Of a stretch of 64,000 nucleotides of DNA, positions 1-15,000 are shown one piece after another. The position numbers were made by a program, and so were the translations under genes. The stretch comes from Utricularia gibba (Eukaryota; Plantae; Magnoliophyta). The notes under the pieces are model-generated. The model did not search any database. It was given only the letters and a program-made list of their open reading frames with translations, and had not been told where the DNA came from. How positions within the stretch are numbered: position 1 is the first letter of the stretch; every line of letters starts with the position of its first letter. The stretch is taken from contig NEEC01000195.1 in the NCBI GenBank assembly GCA_002189035.1, positions 2,603-66,602 of the forward strand, written 5' to 3'.

Positions 1-3000
1 TTTCAAGGAACAGCTTCTCGTTTTGTGGCGGCCAGTCTCGCTAGGAACTTGGTCCGGGCCCGCGATTCTTTATGGCTCATGAGGACAAAAGGATGCAAAT
101 CGATGAATACAATGTTGCATTTGTTTAAATTGCGATATCACGTGCACCCCACATGATTTTTTCAACAACTTACTTTATACTTGAGGAGGCGGTCTTTGGG
201 TGCACTGGAACGGAAAAAGGTCAGCTTAGGCCTTGGCCCAAAGTAGTTGTAGCCCGGCAAAAAAGTGATGTATTTATTAACGTTCGGTTTTCGGGTTGCC
301 TACATGGTTTTTCAAGGAACCGCTTCTCGTTTTGTGGCGGCCAGTCTCGCTAGGAACTTGGTCCGGGCCCCCGATTCTGTATGGCTCATGAGGTCAACTG
401 GATGCAAATCGATGAAAAAAAATGATGCATTTGTTTAAATTACGATGTCACGTGCACCCACATGATTTTTTTCAACAACTTACTTTATACTTGAGAAGGC
501 GGTCTTTGGGTGCACTTGGAACCGGAAAAAGGTCAGCTTAGGCCTTGGCCCAAAGTAAGTTGTAGCCCGGCAAAGAAAGTGATGTATTTATTAACGTTCG
601 GTTTTCGGGTTGCCTACATGGTTTTTCAAGGAACAGCTTCTCGTTTTGTGGCGGCCAGTCTCGCTAGGAACTTGGTCCGGGCCCGCGATTCTTTATGGCT
701 CATGAGGACAAAAGGATGCAAATCGATGAATACAATGTTGCATTTGTTTAAATTGCGATATCACGTGCACCCCACATGATTTTTTCAACAACTTACTTTA
801 TACTTGAGCAGGCGGTCTTTGGGTGCACCTGGAACGGGACAAAGGTAAGGTTTGGCTTGCACGAGAGTTAGTTGTAGTCCGGCAAATAAAGTGATGTATT
901 TATTATCGTTCGGTTTTCGGGGCTGCCTACATGGTTTTTCAAGGAACCGCTTCTCGTTTTGTGGCGGCCAGTCTCGCTGGAACTTGGTCCTTGACCCCGA
1001 TTCTGTATGGCTCATGAGGTCAACTGGATGCAAATCGATTAAAAAAATGATGCATTTGTTTAAATTACGATGTCACGTGCACCCACATGATTTTTTTAAC
1101 AACATACTTTATACTGAGAGGCGGTCTTGGGGGCACTTGGAACCGGAAAAAGATCAGCTTAGGCCTTGGCCCAAAGTAAGTTGTAGCCCGGCAAAGAAAG
1201 TGATGTATTTATTAACGTTCGGTTTTCGGTGTTGCCTACATGGTTTTTCAAGGAACAGCTTCTCGTTTTGTGGCGGCCAGTCTCGCTAGGAATTGGTCCG
1301 GGCCCGCGATTCTTTATGGCTCATGAGGACAAAAGGATGCAAATCGATGAATACAATGTTGCATTTGTTTAAATTGCGATATCACGTGCACCCCACATGA
1401 TTTTTTCAACAACTTACTTTATACTTGAGCAGGCGGTCTTTGGGTGCACTGGAACGGGACAAAGGTAAGGTTTGGCTTGCAGAGAGTTAGTTGTAGTCCG
1501 GCAAATAAAGTGATGTATTTATTATCGTTCGGTTTTCGGGGTGCCTACATGGTTTTTCAAGGAACCGCTTCTCGTTTGTGGCGGCCAGTCTCGCTGGGAA
1601 CTTGGTCCTTGACCCCGATTCTGTATGGCTCATGAGGTCAACTGGATGCAAATCGATTAAAAAAAATGATGCATTTGTTTAAATTACGATGTCACGTGCA
1701 CCCCACATGATTTTTTAACAACTACTTTATACTGAGGAGGCGGTCTTGGGGGCACTTGGAACCGGAAAAAGATCAGCTTAGGCCTTGGCCAAAGTAAGTT
1801 GTAGCCGGCAAAGAAAGTGATGTATTTATTAACGTTCGGTTTTCGGTGTTGCCTACATGGTTTTTCAAGGAACAGCTTCTCGTTTTGTGGCGGCCAGTCT
1901 CGCTAGGAACTTGGTCGGGCCCGCGATTCTTTATGGCTCATGAGGACAAAAGGATGCAAATCGATGAATACAATGTTGCATTTGTTTAAATTGCGATATC
2001 ACGTGCACCCCACATGATTTTTTCAACAACTTACTTTATACTTGAGAAGGCGGTCTTTGGGTGCACCTGGAACGGAAAAAGGTCAGCTTAGGCTTGGCAA
2101 GTAAGTTGTAGTCCGGCAAAGAAAGTGATGTATTTATTATCGTTCGGTTTTCGGGGCTGCCTACATGGTTTTTCAAGGAACCGCTTCTCGTTTTGTGGCG
2201 GCCAGTCTCGCTGGAACTTGGTCCGGGCCCCCGATTCTTTATGGCTCATGAGGTCAAAAGGATGCAAATCGATGAATACAATGATGCATTTGTTTAAATT
2301 GCGATATCACGTGCACCCCACATGATTTTTTCAACAACTTACTTTATACTTGAGAAGGCGGTCTTTGGGTGCACTTGGAACCGGAAAAAGATCAGCTTAG
2401 GCCTTGGCCCAAAGTAAGTTGTAGCCCGGCAAAGAAAGTGATGTATTTATTAACGTTCGGTTTTCGGTGTTGCCTACATGGTTTTTCAAGGAACAGCTTC
2501 TCGTTTTGTGGCGGCCAGTCTCGCTAGGAACTTGGTCCGGGCCCGCGATTCTTTATGGCTCATGAGGACAAAGGATGCAAATCGATGAATACAATGTTGC
2601 ATTTGTTTAAATTGCGATATCACGTGCACCCCACATGATTTTTTCAACAACTTACTTTATACTTGAGAAGGCGGTCTTTGGGTGCACTTGGAACCGGAAA
2701 AAGGTCAGCTTAGGCTTGGCCCAAAGTAAGTTGTAGCCCGGCAAATAAAGTGATGTATTTATTATCGTTCGGTTTTCGGGTTGCCTACATGGTTTTTCAA
2801 GGAACAGCTTCTCGTTTTGTGGCGGCCAGTCTCGCTGGAACTTGGTCCGGGCCCCGATTCTTTATGGCTCATGAGGTCAACTGGATGCAAATCGATGAAA
2901 AAATGATGCATTTGTTTAAATTGCGATATCACGTGCACCCACATGATTTTTTCAACAACTTACTTTATACTTGAGAAGGCGGTCTTTGGGTGCACTTGGA

Positions 3001-6000
3001 ACCGGAAAAAGATCAGCTTAGGCCTTGGCCCAAAGTAAGTTGTAGCCCGGCAAAGAAAGTGATGTATTTATTAACGTTCGGTTTTCGGTGTTGCCTACAT
3101 GGTTTTTCAAGGAACAGCTTCTCGTTTTGTGGCGGCCAGTCTCGCTAGGAACTTGGTCCGGGCCCCGATTCTTTATGGCTCATGAGGACAAAAGGATGCA
3201 AATCGATGAATACAATGTTGCATTTGTTTAAATTGCGATATCACGTGCACCCCACATTTTTTCAACAACTTACTTTATACTGAGTCTTTGGGTGCACTTG
3301 GAACGGAAAAAGTCAGCTTAGGCTTGGCCCAAAGTTGTAGCCCGGCAAAGAAAGTGATGTATTTATTAACGTTCGGTTTTCGGGGCCTACATGGTTTTTC
3401 AAGGAACAGCTTCTCGTTTTGTGGCGGCCAGTCTCGCTGGAACTTGGTCCGGGCCCCGATTCTTTATGGCTCATGAGGTCAAAAGGATGCAAATCGATGA
3501 AACAATGATGCATTTGTTTAAATTGCGATATCACGTGCACCCCACATGATTTTTTCAACAACTTACTTTATACTGAGAGGCGGTCTTTGGGGCACTTGGA
3601 ACCGGAAAAGATCAGCTTAGGCCTTGCCCAAAGTAAGTTGTAGCCCGGCAAAGAAAGTGATGTATTTATTAACGTTCGGTTTTCGGTGTTGCCTACATGG
3701 TTTTTCAAGGAACAGCTTCTCGTTTTGTGGCGGCCAGTCTCGCTAGGAACTTGGTCCGGGCCCGCGATTCTTTATGGCTCATGAGGACAAAAGGATGCAA
3801 ATCGATGAATACAATGTTGCATTTGTTTAAATTGCGATATCACGTGCACCCCACATGATTTTTTCAACAACTTACTTTATACTTGAGCAGGCGGTCTTTG
3901 GGTGCACCTGGAACGGGACAAAGGTAAGGTTTGGCTTGCACGAGAGTTAGTTGTAGTCCGGCAAATAAAGTGATGTATTTATTATCGTTCGGTTTTCGGG
4001 GGCTGCCTACATGGTTTTTCAAGGAACCGCTTCTCGTTTGTGGCGGCCAGTCTCGCTGGGAACTTGGTCCTTGACCCCGATTCTGTATGGCTCATGAGGT
4101 CAACTGGATGCAAATCGATTAAAAAAATGATCCATTTGTTTAAATTACGATGTCACGTGCACCCCACATGATTTTTTTAACAACATACTTTATACTGAGG
4201 AGGCGGTCTTGGGGGGCACTTGGAACCGGAAAAAGATCAGCTTAGGCCTTGGCCCAAAGTAAGTTGTAGCCCGGCAAAGAAAGTGATGTATTTATTAACG
4301 TTCGGTTTTCGGTGTTGCCTATGGTTTTTCAAGGAACAGCTTCTCGTTTTGTGGCGGCCAGTCTCGCTAGGAACTTGGTCCGGGCCCGCGATTCTTTATG
4401 GCTCATGAGGACAAAAGGATGCAAATCGATGAATACAATGTTGCATTTGTTTAAATTGCGATATCACGTGCACCCACATGATTTTTTCAACAACTTACTT
4501 TATACTTGAGAAGGCGGTCTTTGGGTGCACTTGGAACGGAAAAGATCAGCTTAGGCTTGGCCCAAAGTAAGTTGTAGCCCGGCAAAGAAAGTGATGTATT
4601 TATTAACGTTCGGTTTTCGGGTTGCCTACATGGTTTTTCAAGGAACCGCTTCTCGTTTTGTGGCGGCCAGTCTCGCTGGAACTTGGTCCGGGCCCCGATT
4701 CTTTATGGCTCATGAGGTCAAAAGGATGCAAATCGATGAATAAATGTTGCATTTGTTTAAATTGCGATATCACGTGCACCCCACATGATTTTTTCAACAA
4801 CTTACTTTATACTTGAGAAGGCGGTCTTTGGGTGCACTTGGAACCGGAAAAAGGTCAGCTTAGGCCTTGGCCCAAAGTAAGTTGTAGCCCGGCAAAGAAA
4901 GTGATGTATTTATTAACGTTCGGTTTTCGGTGTTGCCTACATGGTTTTTCAAGGAACAGCTTCTCGTTTTGTGGCGGCCAGTCTCGCTAGGAACTTGGTC
5001 CGGGCCCCGATTCTTTATGGCTCATGAGGACAACTGGATGCAAATCGATGAAACAATGATGCATTTGTTTAAATTACGATATCACGTGCACCCCACATGA
5101 TTTTTTCAACAACTTACTTTACTTGAGAAGGCGGTCTTGGGCACTTGGAACCGGAAAAAGGTCAGCTTAGGCCTTGGCCCAAAGTAAGTTGTAGCCCGGC
5201 AAAGAAAGTGATGTATTTATTAACGTTCGGTTTTCGGTGTTGCCTACATGGTTTTTCAAGGAACAGCTTCTCGTTTTGTGGCGGCCAGTCTCGCTAGGAA
5301 CTTGGTCCGGGCCCGCGATTCTTTATGGCTCATGAGGACAAAAGGATGCAAATCGATGAATACAATGTTGCATTTGTTTAAATTGCGATATCACGTGCAC
5401 CCCACATGATTTTTTCAACAACTTACTTTATACTTGAGGAGGCGGTCTTTGGGTGCACTTGGAACCGGAAAAAGGTCAGCTTAGGCTTGGCCAAAGTAAG
5501 TTGTAGCCCGGCAAAGAAAGTGATGTATTTATTAACGTTCGGTTTTCGGGTTGCCTACATGGTTTTTCAAGGAACAGCTTCTCGTTTTGTGGCGGCCAGT
5601 CTCGCTGGGAACTTGGTCCGGGCCCGATTCTGTATGGCTCATGAGGTCAACTGGATGCAAATCGATTAAAAAATGGCATTTGTTTAAATTACGATGTCAC
5701 GTGCACCCCACATGATTTTTTCAACAACTTACTTTATACTTGAGGAGGCGGTCTTTGGGGGCACTTGGAACCGGAAAAAGATCAGCTTAGGCCTTGGCCC
5801 AAAGTAAGTTGTAGCCCGGCAAAGAAAGTGATGTATTTATTAACGTTCGGTTTTCGGTGTTGCCTACATGGTTTTTCAAGGAACAGCTTCTCGTTTTGTG
5901 GCGGCCAGTCTCGCTAGGAACTTGGTCCGGGCCCGCGATTCTTTATGGCTCATGAGGACAAAAGGATGCAAATCGATGAATACAATGTTGCATTTGTTTA

Positions 6001-9000
6001 AATTGCGATATCACGTGCACCCCACATGATTTTTTCAACAACTTACTTTATACTTGAGAGGCGGTCTTTGGGTGCACCTGGAACGGGACAAAGGTAAGGT
6101 TTGGCTTGCAGAGTTAGTTGTAGTCCGGCAAATAAAGTGATGTATTTATTATCGTTCGGTTTTCGGGGGCTGCCTACATGGTTTTTCAAGGAACCGCTTC
6201 TCGTTTTGTGGCGGCCAGTCTCGCTGGGAACTTGGTCCTTGACCCCGATTCTGTATGGCTCATGAGGTCAACTGGATGCAAATCGATTAAAAAATGATCC
6301 ATTTGTTTAAATTACGATGTCACGTGCACCCACATGATTTTTTCAACAACTTACTTTATACTGAGAGGCGGTCTTTGGGGCACTTGGAACCGGAAAAAGA
6401 TCAGCTTAGGCCTTGGCCCAAAGTAAGTTGTAGCCCGGCAAAGAAAGTGATGTATTTATTAACGTTCGGTTTTCGGTGTTGCCTACATGGTTTTTCAAGG
6501 AACAGCTTCTCGTTTTGTGGCGGCCAGTCGCTAGGAACTTGGTCCGGGCCCGCGATTCTTATGGCTCATGAGGACAAAAGGATGCAAATCGATGAATACA
6601 ATGTTGCATTTGTTTTAAATTGCGATATCACGTGCACCCCACATGATTTTTTCAACAACTTACTTTATACTTGAGAAGGCGGTCTTTGGGTGCACTTGGA
6701 ACGGAAAAAGGTCAGCTTAGGCTTGGCCCAAAGTAGTTGTAGCCCGGCAAAGAAAGTGATGTATTTATTAACGTTCGGTTTTCGGGTTGCCTACATGGTT
6801 TTTCAAGGAACAGCTTCTCGTTTTGTGGCGGCCAGTCTCGCTGGAACTTGGTCCTTGCCCCGATTCTGTATGGCTCATGAGGTCAAGGATGCAAATCGAT
6901 GAAAAAATGGCATTTGTTTAAATTACGATATCACGTGCACCCCACATGATTTTTTCAACAACTTACTTTATACTTGAGAGGCGGTCTTTGGGTGCACTTG
7001 GAACCGGAAAAAGATCAGCTTAGGCCTTGGCCCAAAGTAAGTTGTAGCCCGGCAAAGAAAGTGATGTATTTATTAACGTTCGGTTTTCGGTGTTGCCTAC
7101 ATGGTTTTTCAAGGAACAGCTTCTCGTTTTGTGGCGGCCAGTCTCGCTAGGAACTTGGTCCGGGCCCGCGATTCTTTATGGCTCATGAGGACAAAAGGAT
7201 GCAAATCGATGAATACAATGTTGCATTTGTTTAAATTGCGATATCACGTGCACCCCACATGATTTTTTCAACAACTTACTTTATACTTGAGAGGCGTCTT
7301 TGGGTGCACTGGAACGGGACAAAGGTAAGGTTTGGCTTGGAGAGTTAGTTGTAGTCCGGCAAATAAAGTGATGTATTTATTATCGTTCGGTTTTCGGGGG
7401 CTGCCTACATGGTTTTTCAAGAACCGCTTCTCGTTTTGTGGCGGCCAGTCTCGCTGGGAACTTGGTCCTTGACCCGATTCTGTATGGCTCATGAGGTCAA
7501 CTGGATGCAAATCGATTAAAAAAAATGATGCATTTGTTTAAATTACGATGTCACGTGCACCCCACATGATTTTTTTAACAACATACTTTATACTGAGGAG
7601 GCGGTCTTGGGGCACTTGGAACCGGAAAAAGATCAGCTTAGGCCTTGGCCCAAAGTAAGTTGTAGCCCGGCAAAGAAAGTGATGTATTTATTAACGTTCG
7701 GTTTTCGGTGTTGCCTACATGGTTTTTCAAGGAACAGCTTCTCGTTTTGTGGCGGCCAGTCTCGCTAGGAACTTGGTCCGGGCCCGCGATTCTTTATGGC
7801 TCATGAGGACAAAAGGATGCAAATCGATGAATACAATGTTGCATTTGTTTAAATTGCGATATCACGTGCACCCCACATGATTTTTTCAACAACTTACTTT
7901 ATACTTGAGCAGGCGGTCTTTGGGTGCACCTGGAACGGGACAAAGGTAGGTTTGGCTTGCACGAGAGTTAGTTGTAGTCCGGCAAATAAAGTGATGTATT
8001 TATTATCGTTCGGTTTTCGGGGGCTGCCTACATGGTTTTTCAAGGAACCGCTTCTCGTTTTGTGGCGGCCAGTCTCGCTGGGAACTTGGTCCTTGACCCC
8101 GATTCTGTATGGCTCATGAGGTCAACTGGATGCAAATCGATTAAAAAAAATGATCCATTTGTTTAAATTACGATGTCACGTGCACCCCACATGATTTTTT
8201 AAACAACTACTTTATACTGAGAGGCGGTCTTGGGGCACTTGGAACCGGAAAAAGATCAGCTTAGGCCTTGGCCCAAAGTAAGTTGTAGCCCGGCAAAGAA
8301 AGTGATGTATTTATTAACGTTCGGTTTTCGGTGTTGCCTACATGGTTTTTCAAGGAACAGCTTCTCGTTTTGTGGCGGCCAGTCTCGCTAGGAACTTGGT
8401 CGGGCCCGCGATTCTTTATGGCTCATGAGGACAAAAGGATGCAAATCGATGAATACAATGTTGCATTTGTTTAAATTGCGATATCACGTGCACCCCACAT
8501 GATTTTTTCAACAACTTACTTTATACTTGAGAAGGCGGTCTTTGGGTGCACTTGGAACGGAAAAAGGTAGGTTAGGCTTGCCCAAGTAAGTTGTAGCCCG
8601 GCAAAGAAAGTGATGTATTTATTATCGTTCGGTTTTCGGGCTGCCTACATGGTTTTTCAAGGAACCGCTTCTCGTTTTGTGGCGGCCAGTCTCGCTGGGA
8701 ACTTGGTCCGGGCCCGATTCTTTATGGCTCATGAGGTCAACTGGATGCAAATCGATGAAAAAAAATGATGCATTTGTTTAAATTACGATATCACGTGCAC
8801 CCACATGATTTTTTCAACAACTTACTTTATACTTGAGAAGGCGGTCTTTGGGTGCACTTGGAACCGGAAAAAGATCAGCTTAGGCCTTGGCCCAAAGTAA
8901 GTTGTAGCCCGGCAAAGAAAGTGATGTATTTATTAACGTTCGGTTTTCGGTGTTGCCTACATGGTTTTTCAAGGAACAGCTTCTCGTTTTGTGGCGGCCA

Positions 9001-12000
9001 GTCTCGCTAGGAACTTGGTCCGGGCCCGCGATTCTTTATGGCTCATGAGGACAAAAGGATGCAAATCGATGAATACAATGTTGCATTTGTTTAAATTGCG
9101 ATATCACGTGCACCCCACATGATTTTTTCAACAACTTACTTTATACTTGAGAGGCGGTCTTGGGTGCACCTGGAACGGGACAAAGGTAAGGTTTGGCTTG
9201 CCAGTTAGTTGTAGTCCGGCAAATAAAGTGATGTATTTATTATCGTTCGGTTTTCGGGGGCTGCCTACATGGTTTTTCAAGGAACCGCTTCTCGTTTTGT
9301 GGCGGCCAGTCTCGCTGGGAACTTGGTCCTTGACCCCGATTCTGTATGGCTCATGAGGTCAACTGGATGCAAATCGATTAAAAAAAATGATGCATTTGTT
9401 TAAATTACGATGTCACGTGCACCCCACATGATTTTTTTAACAACTTACTTTATACTGAGAGGCGGTCTTGGGGGGCACTTGGAACCGGAAAAAGATCAGC
9501 TTAGGCCTTGGCCCAAAGTAAGTTGTAGCCCGGCAAAGAAAGTGATGTATTTATTAACGTTCGGTTTTCGGTGTTGCCTACATGGTTTTTCAAGGAACAG
9601 CTTCTCGTTTTGTGGCGGCCAGTCTCGCTAGGAACTTGGTCCGGGCCCGCGATTCTTTATGGCTCATGAGGACAAAAGGATGCAAATCGATGAAACAATG
9701 TTGCATTTGTTTAAATTGCGATATCACGTGCACCCCACATGATTTTTTCAACAACTTACTTTATACTTGAGCAGGCGGTCTTTGGGTGCACCTGGAACGG
9801 GACAAAGGTAGGTTTGGCTTGCCGAGAGTTAGTTGTAGTCCGGCAAATAAAGTGATGTATTTATTATCGTTCGGTTTTCGGGGGCTGCCTACATGGTTTT
9901 TTCAAGGAACCGCTTCTCGTTTGTGGCGGCCAGTCTCGCTGGGAACTTGGTCCTTGACCCCGATTCTGTATGGCTCATGAGGTCAACTGGATGCAAATCG
10001 ATTAAAAAAAATGATCATTTGTTTAAATTACGATGTCACGTGCACCCCACATGATTTTTTTAACAACTACTTTATACTGAGAGGCGGTCTTGGGGGGCAC
10101 TTGGAACCGGAAAAAGATCAGCTTAGGCCTTGGCCCAAAGTAAGTTGTAGCCCGGCAAAGAAAGTGATGTATTTATTAACGTTCGGTTTTCGGTGTTGCC
10201 TACATGGTTTTTCAAGGAACAGCTTCTCGTTTTTGGCGGCCAGTCTCGCTAGGAACTTGGTCCGGGCCCGATTCTTTATGGCTCATGAGGACAAAAGGAT
10301 GCAAATCGATGAATACAATGTTGCATTTGTTTAAATTGCGATATCACGTGCACCCCACATGATTTTTTCAACAACTTACTTTATACTTGAGAAGGCGGTC
10401 TTGGGTGCACTTGGAACGGAAAAAGGTCAGCTTAGGCTTGGCCCAAAGTAGTTGTAGCCCGGCAAATAAAGTGATGTATTTATTAACGTTCGGTTTTCGG
10501 GTTGCCTACATGGTTTTTCAAGGAACAGCTTCTCGTTTTGTGGCGGCCAGTCTCGCTGGAACTTGGTCCCCCGATTCTTTGGCTCATGAGGTCAACTGGA
10601 TGCAAATCGATTAAAAAATGATGCATTTGTTTAAATTACGATGTCACGTGCACCCCACATGATTTTTTCAACTACTTTATACTTGAGAGGCGGTCTTTGG
10701 GTGCACTTGGAACCGGAAAAAGGTCAGCTTAGGCCTTGGCCCAAAGTAAGTTGTAGCCCGGCAAAGAAAGTGATGTATTTATTAACGTTCGGTTTTCGGG
10801 TTGCCTACATGGTTTTTCAAGGAACAGCTTCTCGTTTTGTGGCGGCCAGTCTCGCTAGGAACTTGGTCCGGGCCCGCGATTCTTTATGGCTCATGAGGAC
10901 AAAGGATGCAAATCGATGAATACAATGTTGCATTTGTTTAATTGCGATATCACGTGCACCCACATGATTTTTTCAACTTACTTTATACTTGAGAGGCGGT
11001 CTTTGGGCACTGGAACGGGACAAAGGTAAGGTTTGGCTTGCCGAAGTTAGTTGTAGTCCGGCAAATAAAGTGATGTATTTATTATCGTTCGGTTTTCGGG
11101 GGCTGCCTACATGGTTTTTCAAGGAACCGCTTCTCGTTTGTGGCGGCCAGTCTCGCTGGGAACTTGGTCCTTGACCCCGATTCTGTATGGCTCATGAGGT
11201 CAACTGGATGCAAATCGATTAAAAAAATGATGCATTTGTTTAAATTACGATGTCACGTGCACCCCACATGATTTTTTTAACAACTACTTTATACTTGAGA
11301 GGCGGTCTTGGGGGCACTTGGAACCGGAAAAAGATCAGCTTAGGCCTTGGCCCAAAGTAAGTTGTAGCCCGGCAAAGAAAGTGATGTATTTATTAACGTT
11401 CGGTTTTCGGTGTTGCCTACATGGTTTTTCAAGGAACAGCTTCTCGTTTTGTGGCGGCCAGTCTCGCTAGGAACTTGGTCCGGGCCGCGATTCTTTATGG
11501 CTCATGAGGACAAAAGGATGCAAATCGATGAATACAATGTTGCATTTGTTTAAATTGCGATATCACGTGCACCCCACATGATTTTTTCAACAACTTACTT
11601 TATACTTGAGCAGGGCGGTCTTTGGGTGCACCTGGAACGGGACAAAGGTAAGGTTTGGCTTGCACGAGAGTTAGTTGTAGTCCGGCAAATAAAGTGATGT
11701 ATTTATTATCGTTCGGTTTTCGGGGGCTGCCTACATGGTTTTTTCAAGGAACCGCTTCTCGTTTTGTGGCGGCCAGTCTCGCTGGGAACTTGGTCCTTGA
11801 CCCCGATTCTGTATGGCTCATGAGGTCAACTGGATGCAAATCGATTAAAAAAATGATCATTTTTTAAATTACGATGTCACGTGCACCCCACATGATTTTT
11901 TCAACAACTTACTTTATACTTGAGAGGCGGTCTTGGGGCACTTGGAACCGGAAAAAGATCAGCTTAGGCCTTGGCCCAAAGTAAGTTGTAGCCCGGCAAA

Positions 12001-15000
12001 GAAAGTGATGTATTTATTAACGTTCGGTTTTCGGTGTTGCCTACATGGTTTTTCAAGGAACAGCTTCTCGTTTTGTGGCGGCCAGTCTCGCTAGGAACTT
12101 GGTCCGGGCCCGCGATTCTTTATGGCTCATGAGGACAAAAGGATGCAAATCGATGAATACATGTTGCATTTGTTTAAATTGCGATATCACGTGCACCCCA
12201 CATGATTTTTTCAACAACTTACTTTATACTTGAGCAGGCGGTCTTTGGGTGCACTGGAACGGGACAAAGGTAAGGTTGGCTTGCCCAAGTAGTTGTAGTC
12301 CGGCAAATAAAGTGATGTATTTATTATCGTTCGGTTTTCGGGGGCTGCCTACATGGTTTTTCAAGGAACCGCTTCTCGTTTTGTGGCGGCCAGTCTCGCT
12401 GGGAACTTGGTCCTTGACCCGATTCTGTATGGCTCATGAGGTCAACTGGATGCAAATCGATTAAAAAAAATGATGCATTTGTTTAAATTACGATGTCACG
12501 TGCACCCCACATGATTTTTTCAACAACTTACTTTATACTTGAGGAGGCGGTCTTTGGGGCACTTGGAACCGGAAAAAGGTCAGCTTTGGCCTTGCCCAAA
12601 GTAAGTTGTAGCCCGGCAAAGAAAGTGATGTATTTATTAACGTTCGGTTTTCGGGTGCCTACATGGTTTTTCAAGGAACAGCTTCTCGTTTTGTGGCGGC
12701 CAGTCTCGCTGGGAACTTGGTCCGACCCGATTCTTATGGCTCATGAGGTCAACTGGATGCAAATCGATGAAAAAAATGATGCATTTGTTTAAATTGATAT
12801 CACGTGCACCCCACATGATTTTTTCAACAACTTACTTTATACTTGAGAGGCGGTCTTTGGGTGCACTTGGAACGGGAAAAGGTCAGCTTGGCTTGCCCAA
12901 GTAGTTGTAGCCCGGCAAAAAAGTGATGTATTTATTAACGTTCGGTTTTCGGGGTTGCCTACATGGTTTTTCAAGGAACAGCTTCTCGTTTTGTGGCGGC
13001 CAGTCTCGCTGGGAACTTGGTCCGGGCCCGATTCTTTATGGCTCATGAGGACAAAATGCAAATCGATGAAAAAAATGTGCATTTGTTTAAATTACGATAT
13101 CACGTGCACCCCACATGATTTTTTCAACAACTTACTTTATACTTGAGGAGGCGGTCTTGGGGCACTTGGAACCGGAAAAAGAAGCTTAGGCCTTGCCCAA
13201 AGTAAGTTGTAGTCCGGCAAATAAAGTGATGTATTTATTATCGTTCGGTTTTCGGGGTTGCCTACATGGTTTTTCAAGGAACCGCTTCTCGTTTGTGGCG
13301 GCCAGTCTCGCTGGGAACTTGGTCCTTGACCCCGATTCTGTATGGCTCATGAGGTCAACTGGATGCAAATCGATTAAAAAAATGATGCATTTGTTTAAAT
13401 TACGATGTCACGTGCACCCCACATGATTTTTTCAACAACTACTTTATACTGAGGAGGCGGTCTTGGGGGGCACTTGGAACCGGAAAAAGGTCAGCTTAGG
13501 CCTTGGCCCAAAGTAAGTTGTAGCCCGGCAAAGAAAGTGATGTATTTATTAACGTTCGGTTTTCGGTGTTGCCTACATGGTTTTTCAAGGAACAGCTTCT
13601 CGTTTTGTGGCGGCCAGTCTCGCTAGGAACTTGGTCCGGGCCCGCGATTCTTTATGGCTCATGAGGACAAAAGGATGCAAATCGATGAATACAATGTTGC
13701 ATTTGTTTAAATTGCGATATCACGTGCACCCCACATGATTTTTTCAACAACTTACTTTATACTTGAGAGGCGGTCTTTGGTGCACCTGGAACGGGACAAA
13801 GGTAAGGTTTGGCTTGCACGAGAGTTAGTTGTAGTCCGGCAAATAAAGTGATGTATTTATTATCGTTCGGTTTTCGGGGGCTGCCTACATGGTTTTTCAA
13901 GGAACCGCTTCTCGTTTTGTGGCGGCCAGTCTCGCTGGGAACTTGGTCCTTGACCCCGATTCTGTATGGCTCATGAGGTCAACTGGATGCAAATCGATTA
14001 AAAAAATGATGCATTTGTTTAAATTACGATGTCACGTGCACCCCACATGATTTTTTCAACTTACTTTATACTTGAGGAGGCGGTCTTGGGCACTTGGAAC
14101 CGGAAAAAGATCAGCTTAGGCCTTGGCCCAAAGTAAGTTGTAGCCCGGCAAAGAAAGTGATGTATTTATTAACGTTCGGTTTTCGGTGTTGCCTACATGG
14201 TTTTTCAAGGAACAGCTTCTCGTTTTGTGGCGGCCAGTCTCGCTAGGAACTTGGTCGGGCCCGATTCTTTATGGCTCATGAGGACAAAAGGATGCAAATC
14301 GATGAATACAATGTTGCATTTGTTTAAATTGCGATATCACGTGCACCCCACATGATTTTTTCAACAACTTACTTTATACTTGAGAAGGCGGTCTTGGGTG
14401 CACTTGGAACGGAAAAGATAGCTTAGGCTTGGCCCAAAGTAAGTTGTAGCCCGGCAAAGAAAGTGATGTATTTATTAACGTTCGGTTTTCGGTGTTGCCT
14501 ACATGGTTTTTCAAGGAACAGCTTCTCGTTTTGTGGCGGCCAGTCTCGCTGGAACTTGGTCCCCCGATTCTTTATGGCTCATGAGGTCAACTGGATGCAA
14601 ATCGATGAAAAAAATGTTGCATTTGTTTAAATTCGATATCACGTGCACCCCACATGATTTTTTCAACAACTTACTTTATACTTGAGAAGGCGGTCTTTGG
14701 GTGCACTTGGAACCGGAAAAGATCAGCTTAGGCCTTGCCCAAAGTAAGTTGTAGCCCGGCAAAGAAAGTGATGTATTTATTAACGTTCGGTTTTCGGTGT
14801 GCCTACATGGTTTTTCAAGGAACAGCTTCTCGTTTTGTGGCGGCCAGTCTCGCTAGGAACTTGGTCCGGCCCGCGATTCTTTATGGCTCATGAGGACAAA
14901 AGGATGCAAATCGATGAATACAATGTTGCATTTGTTTAAATTGCGATATCACGTGCACCCCACATGATTTTTTCAACAACTTACTTTATACTTGAGGAGG